Part shown: positions 59,356 to 64,000 of the stretch, one piece after another
How the letters are laid out: each line of letters opens with the position of its first letter
Position numbering within the stretch: the first letter of the stretch is position 1
Assembly (NCBI GenBank): GCA_963422265.1
Contig: OY729416.1
Location: 1,696,001 to 1,760,000 of the forward strand
Direction: 5' to 3'
Origin: Thermodesulfobacteriota bacterium
GTDB lineage: Bacteria; Desulfobacterota_D; UBA1144; Nemesobacterales; UBA2774
Length of the DNA: 64,000 nucleotides
Translations under genes and position numbers: made by a program
The notes under the pieces: generated by a model
Told to the model about the DNA's origin: nothing
Databases searched by the model: none
What the model saw: the letters and a program-made list of their open reading frames with translations, nothing else

Positions 59356-60486
59356 ATGAGGATTATTATAACGGGTGGAGGAACAGGGGGGCACGTATTT
59401 CCGGCGATTTCAATTGCCGAAGAGATAAAGAGAAGGAATAAGAGTAACAAGATATTATTCGTTGGTTCCAGAAGGGGGATAGAGAAGAATCTGGTGCCGA
59501 AGAATGGCTATGAGATCAAATACATAAACTCAATGGGGATCAGTAGGGTCGGGATAGCGAGGGGGGCATTAGGCGCCTTCGCCGCCTTTAGGGGTCTGCT
59601 CGAATCAGCTTTCTTAATAAGAAGTTTTAAGCCAGATGTGGTTCTCGGCGTTGGGGGATACGCATCGGGTCCCTCGGTGCTTGCAGCGGCTCTTCTGGGG
59701 GTTGCCACCGCTATATGCGAGCAAAATACCGTGCCCGGCGCTACTAATCGGATTTTGAGTAAATTCGTGAATAGAATTTTCGCCTCTTTTGAGGAAAGCA
59801 TCCGATATTTTCCTCCCAAGAAGGTAGTGATTACTGGTAATCCAATAAGGGGTGAGTTGTTGCTAAGCACGGGGGATTCTTCCTCTACCCTATTGACTAC
59901 CTCACCGAGTCCCATTGGTAAGCGGTCTGGGTTGGGATCAAAGGGTTTTTCTATCCTAGTTTTGGGTGGTAGTCAGGGGGCACGCAGGCTTAATCTTGCG
60001 GTTCCCAAAGCCATAGGCGAACTTGGCGGGGGGGATATTTCTGTCCTTCATCAAACGGGTAAGGATGGCGGTGCCGTCGCTCTTGACTATAAAAAATATA
60101 ACGTAAAGGCACGGACGCTCGCTTTCATAGATGATATGGCTAACGCTTACGCCAAGTCGGATTTAGTAATAGGCAGGGCGGGGGCAGGCACGATAGCTGA
60201 GATTACCGCTCTGGGCAAGCCGTCAATTCTCGTCCCATTCCCTCACGCCGCGGGTGATCATCAGACCGAAAACGCAAGGGTTCTCCGTGAGGCAGGGGCT
60301 TCGGTAACGTTGACGGATGAGGTCGCCACGCCGGAGAATCTGGCTAAGACGCTAAGGGAGTTGTTAGATAAAGATAAACTTGCGGAAATGGCGAGAGCGG
60401 CAAGTACCCTCGGCGTGCCAGAAGCCGCTAAACGTATCGTTGACGGTATTTATGAGCTTATGGATAAATCTGCAGGCGCGAGATAA
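59356..60486 (+). CDS. murG: Undecaprenyl-PP-MurNAc-pentapeptide GlcNAc transferase
   Basis: GGGTGGH, GGYAS, EQN, GNPIR, GGSQGA, RAGAGTIAE, HQTENA. Confidence 0.96.
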   Translation: MRIIITGGGTGGHVFPAISIAEEIKRRNKSNKILFVGSRRGIEKNLVPKNGYEIKYINSMGISRVGIARGALGAFAAFRGLLESAFLIRSFKPDVVLGVGGYASGPSVLAAALLGVATAICEQNTVPGATNRILSKFVNRIFASFEESIRYFPPKKVVITGNPIRGELLLSTGDSSSTLLTTSPSPIGKRSGLGSKGFSILVLGGSQGARRLNLAVPKAIGELGGGDISVLHQTGKDGGAVALDYKKYNVKARTLAFIDDMANAYAKSDLVIGRAGAGTIAEITALGKPSILVPFPHAAGDHQTENARVLREAGASVTLTDEVATPENLAKTLRELLDKDKLAEMARAASTLGVPEAAKRIVDGIYELMDKSAGAR

Positions 60487-60701
60487 AGAGGCGAAGAATG
60501 ACTGGGGGTGGAGTAGAGGCAACACTCGTGGTCGCCCTGAGTTGCGGAGGTGATAGGTAACAACCTTTTGACAGGATAAGGTAACTACAAGGGTTACCCC
60601 TACAGAAGGATGGAAGGGGTGGGAATGACGTTTGGGGTATTACGGGGATGGGTGAATGACGGCTTTAGACAGGAAGAAACATAGACTATAATATAGAGCG
60701 A

Positions 60702-62096
60702 ATGTACGGAAAAATTAAGAATATTCACTTTGTGGGAATTGGCGGAATCGGCATGAGCGGTATTGCTGAGGTGCTTCTTAACATGGGTTATTCAGTGACG
60801 GGCTCGGATATCGGGCGATCGGCCACGGTTAACAGGCTTGAGGCTCTGGGTGCAAAGATAAATATCGGTCACAAGGTAGAGAATGTCAATGGAGCGGATG
60901 TGGTTGTTACCTCTTCAGCGATTAAGGCTGATAATTCTGAGGTTGAGCAAGCTAATAACCTGGGCGTTCCCGTTATTCCAAGGGCTGAGATGCTGGCGGA
61001 GTTAATGAGGATCAGGTATGGCGTAGCCGTTGCGGGAAGCCATGGCAAAACAACGGTGACGTCTATGATAGGGATTGTACTTTCACACGGGGGGCTGGAC
61101 CCTACGATAGTAGTCGGTGGCAGGGTGCGGACTATGGGAACCAACGCGCGTTTGGGCAAGGGTGATTTCATGGTAGTCGAGGCTGACGAGAGCGATGGTT
61201 CGTTTCTGCTTCTCTCTCCTGTTATATCTGTGCTTACAAACGTAGATCAAGAGCATATGGATCACTACGAAAGTATGAGCCGACTGGAGGATGCGTTTTA
61301 CCGCTTCGTGGGAAAGATACCTTTTTACGGGCTCGCGGTTCTGTGTGCTGATTGTCCACGCGTAAAGGATATGGCGAGCAGGTTTAGTAAAAGGGGCTTA
61401 ACTTATGGTTTTGACCAAGACGCCGATCTGTGCGCTCGCGACGTCGTAGCATCAGGTTTTCAGATAGCCTCTGAGCAGTTTTATAAGGGCGCCGAGTTCA
61501 ACGTTGTCTATAAAGGCTCTTTGCTTGGCAGGTTGTTTCTTAGGGTGCCAGGTAGGCATAATGCCCAAAACGCGCTTGCGGCGGTCGCCGTGGGCATGGA
61601 GCTTGGGATGAGCTTTGAATCCGTAAAACAGGGACTGATGGAGTTTAGAGGAATAGACAGAAGGCTGCAGGTAAAAGGAGCCCTAAGAAACGTGCTCGTT
61701 ATGGATGATTATGCCCATCACCCGCAGGAAATAAGGGTTACTATCAATACCCTGAAGGAGTCTCAAGCGGGCAGGATCGTAGCGATATTCCAACCACACC
61801 GCTATAGCAGGACAAAACTTCTATTTGATGAATTCAAAGAAGTGCTTATCAATACAGACGTCCTTTTCTTGATGGATATATACCCAGCGGGAGAAGAACC
61901 CGTAAGCGGCGTGTCGTCTGAAAAGCTGTGCGGTGCTATTAGAAGGGCAGGTCATAAAAACGTCTTTTACTTAGATGACGAGGGGAAAGGGACAGACGCG
62001 GTAATTGAAGCTCTGGAGCCTGGCGACGTGGTGATTACACTCGGAGCGGGCAATGTATGGGCGTTTGGGGAAAGAATAGTAAAGGAGCTTGAGTGA
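60702..62096 (+). CDS. murC: UDP-MurNAc:L-Ala ligase
   Basis: GIGGIGMSG, GSHGKTT, EADESDGSF, DDYAHHP, FQPHRYSR. Confidence 0.97.
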   Translation: MYGKIKNIHFVGIGGIGMSGIAEVLLNMGYSVTGSDIGRSATVNRLEALGAKINIGHKVENVNGADVVVTSSAIKADNSEVEQANNLGVPVIPRAEMLAELMRIRYGVAVAGSHGKTTVTSMIGIVLSHGGLDPTIVVGGRVRTMGTNARLGKGDFMVVEADESDGSFLLLSPVISVLTNVDQEHMDHYESMSRLEDAFYRFVGKIPFYGLAVLCADCPRVKDMASRFSKRGLTYGFDQDADLCARDVVASGFQIASEQFYKGAEFNVVYKGSLLGRLFLRVPGRHNAQNALAAVAVGMELGMSFESVKQGLMEFRGIDRRLQVKGALRNVLVMDDYAHHPQEIRVTINTLKESQAGRIVAIFQPHRYSRTKLLFDEFKEVLINTDVLFLMDIYPAGEEPVSGVSSEKLCGAIRRAGHKNVFYLDDEGKGTDAVIEALEPGDVVITLGAGNVWAFGERIVKELE

Positions 62097-63007
62097 AGAA
62101 TCTGGTTGAGCGAATAGAAAAAGTTGGGTGCGAGGTAGAGCACCGCTATCCTATGAGTAAATACACATGGCTTCGCGTTGGGGGCGAAGCCTCGCTGTTG
62201 GCACGTCCGGGTAGTTGCGGTGAGCTAAAGCAAACGCTCGGGCTACTATGTGAATATGGCGTTCCCTGGGTTGTGCTAGGCGAGGGGTCTAACACCATCG
62301 TTTATGACAAGGGGTTTACGGGGGTCGTGGTTTCTACCAAGAGGCTTAAAGGAATTGAGATAAGGCGGGGCGGCAAGGTGCTTGCCGAATGTGGGGTGAT
62401 ACTTGGAACCGTGCTGAACAAAACGATTAGAGCTGGACTTGTTGGGTTTGAATTTGCAGCGGGCATACCGGGAACCGTGGGCGGCGGGATTTTTATGAAC
62501 GCGGGCGCCAATGGAGGAGAGATTAAAGACGTGGTTGATATGGTGTGGATATGGAGCTCTGGTAAGGAGGTCGCTCTCTCTAGGGAAGACATAAGGTTTG
62601 AGTATCGCAAAAGCAATTTACCTAGTGGGAGCGTCGTAACCAAAGCCCTGTTTAGGTTGGTGAAGGGCGACGTTGCCCAAAGCGCGAGAATCGTTAAGAG
62701 CTATATGGACAGAAGGAATCGGACGCAGCCTATTAGAACGTCTAACACGGGGTCTATATTTAAGAACCCCCTCGACGTAGCTGCCGGAAGGCTCATAGAA
62801 GAGCTTGGACTCAAGGGCTTCGCCCTGGGGGGAGCGAAATTTTCTGAGGTTCACGCGAATTTTATAGTCAATTACGACCACGCCTCCGCGCAGGACGTGC
62901 TAAGGCTTATAGATAAGGCAAAGAACGAGGCTTTGTTAAAGAGAGGAATCAGGCTTGAGACCGAAGTCGTAGTTATTGGGGATGGGGAGGTGATGTCTGA
63001 ACTGTGA
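62093..63007 (+). CDS. murB: UDP-N-acetylenolpyruvoylglucosamine reductase
   Basis: LGEGSN, GIPGTVGG..MNAGA, GSIFKNP, HANFIVN, LETEV. Confidence 0.96.
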   Translation: MKNLVERIEKVGCEVEHRYPMSKYTWLRVGGEASLLARPGSCGELKQTLGLLCEYGVPWVVLGEGSNTIVYDKGFTGVVVSTKRLKGIEIRRGGKVLAECGVILGTVLNKTIRAGLVGFEFAAGIPGTVGGGIFMNAGANGGEIKDVVDMVWIWSSGKEVALSREDIRFEYRKSNLPSGSVVTKALFRLVKGDVAQSARIVKSYMDRRNRTQPIRTSNTGSIFKNPLDVAAGRLIEELGLKGFALGGAKFSEVHANFIVNYDHASAQDVLRLIDKAKNEALLKRGIRLETEVVVIGDGEVMSEL

Positions 63008-63305
63008 TTTTTGGGATTAAATGATGAGCTATGATTAAAAGGATAAAGGACAAATCCCTGTATCCCTCCTTCGACAGGCTCAGGGCGGCGCTTTTTTTCT
63101 AAAGGGGGAGTATATGAGGAGGGGGTTCGTTCCCCGACGCCTATCAAATCCCCCTATATCCCCCTTTTCTAAAGGGGGAGAAGAAGAAATTCCCCTCCTT
63201 TTGTAAAGGAGGGAAAGGGTGGATTTTCTTGTTTGTCTGTAGGGGCGACCCTTGTGGTCGCCCAAAGGTGCAAGGATAGGGTAACCACAAGGGTTACCCC
63301 TACAA
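62993..63305. repeat. REP mosaic between murB and ftsQ
   Basis: 62993-63105 matches 55672-55790; standard modules follow. Confidence 0.88.
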
Positions 63306-63309
63306 AATT

Positions 63310-64000
63310 ATGAACAATAAGAGGCGTAGTTACGCCAGAAACCTGATAAATTACGCTCTAACCCTTCTTATATTACCTGCGGCGGTGGGATACATCCTCT
63401 TTCATCTCGGGGTTTTTACGGTTCGTGAAGTATTAGTAGAGGGAAACTTTCATCTCGGAGAAAGAGAAATTCTAAAGAGATCGGGACTCAGAGTTGAGGA
63501 AAGTGACATCTTATTTTTCAAAAGCAGCGTAGAGAAATCCATATTACAAAACCCCTTTATAAAAAGCGTTGTGATAGAAAAGGATATTCCCAGCAGGGTG
63601 GTTCGTATAAAGATAGAAGAAGAGAAGCCTTACTGCGTAGCTTTAGATGATGAGGGAGAGCTTCATTACCTAAACCATAGGGGCAAGCGGATCGGGCATG
63701 GGAGGTTGAAATTGGGTCTTGATTTTCCCGTCCTAACAGGGAATGGTATAAAAGACCCAAAGATGCTAAGCGACGCCTTGCGAATATTGGATTTATCCTC
63801 AAAAAGCAATATCCTGACTTGGAATGAAATATCCCAAGTTGAGGTGGACGCGTTATATGGCCTTAGAGTGTGGATGACGGGTAAGAGGCATATAGATTTT
63901 GGGCTTATAGAACTTAACGGGGGCGATATCGTTAAGAAGTGGCGGAGGATAGAAAAGATAATAGATCACGCCAGGGACCTGGGCATTAGGGAGTCTTACA
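63310..64000 (+). CDS. ftsQ: Cell division protein FtsQ (partial, runs off the window)
   Basis: Manual translation MNNKRRSYARNLINYALTLLILPAAVGYILFHLGVFTVREVLVEGNFHLGEREIL...NPFIKSVVIEKDIPSRVVRIKIEEEKP: TM helix plus POTRA pattern, in the dcw position. Confidence 0.85.
   Translation, partial: MNNKRRSYARNLINYALTLLILPAAVGYILFHLGVFTVREVLVEGNFHLGEREILKRSGLRVEESDILFFKSSVEKSILQNPFIKSVVIEKDIPSRVVRIKIEEEKPYCVALDDEGELHYLNHRGKRIGHGRLKLGLDFPVLTGNGIKDPKMLSDALRILDLSSKSNILTWNEISQVEVDALYGLRVWMTGKRHIDFGLIELNGGDIVKKWRRIEKIIDHARDLGIRESY

Noticed and set aside
13504-63265. Many 60-150 aa ORFs containing SNPPxSPFSKGG, QIPLYPPFLKG or PPLEKGDxGGFD
   Set aside because: These are translations of the palindromic repeats in different frames, with no independent coding evidence.
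1-64000. tRNA/rRNA genes, IS elements, integrase or invertase
   Set aside because: No cloverleaf or rRNA signatures and no transposase or recombinase motifs were recognised by eye; a tRNAscan/Infernal/HMM search would be needed to exclude them formally.

Overview
Bacterial chromosomal segment. The housekeeping genes look deltaproteobacterial; Ca. Dadabacteria or a host-associated lineage is a tentative inference only. Core genes: LLM/F420 oxidoreductase, mazG, btuB-like receptor with an upstream cobalamin riboswitch, cca, a FecCD/BtuC permease, npdG, uvrA, uppP, a PhoX-like phosphatase, xseA, aroA, cmk-rpsA-sppA-lapA, lipA, nuoN, parAB, purSQ and the dcw cluster mraZ to ftsQ (partial). Three layers are not explained by these genes. 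(1) Seven predicted surface proteins in two paralog families all end in a Gly-Cys / transmembrane / Arg tail. In the four-member family the 5' leader, signal peptide and anchor are shared at DNA level while the middles are highly divergent (LRR-like motif, Cys motifs, collagen stalk). Copies lie in opposite orientations, and only one has a consensus sigma70 promoter, so this is a candidate inversion/recombination-driven antigenic-variation system. The three-member FN3 family shows almost only non-synonymous divergence, a variable tandem-repeat stalk and a C16 tract. (2) Many intergenic gaps are mosaics of about 7 palindromic REP-like modules, including a 16 x ~70 bp array, and fragments of the same modules appear in frame inside core proteins. 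(3) Decay: two broken toxin-antitoxin pairs, a frameshifted 22 x 75 bp repeat gene, and many micro-duplications. No rRNA, tRNA, CRISPR array, transposase, recombinase or reverse transcriptase was recognised.
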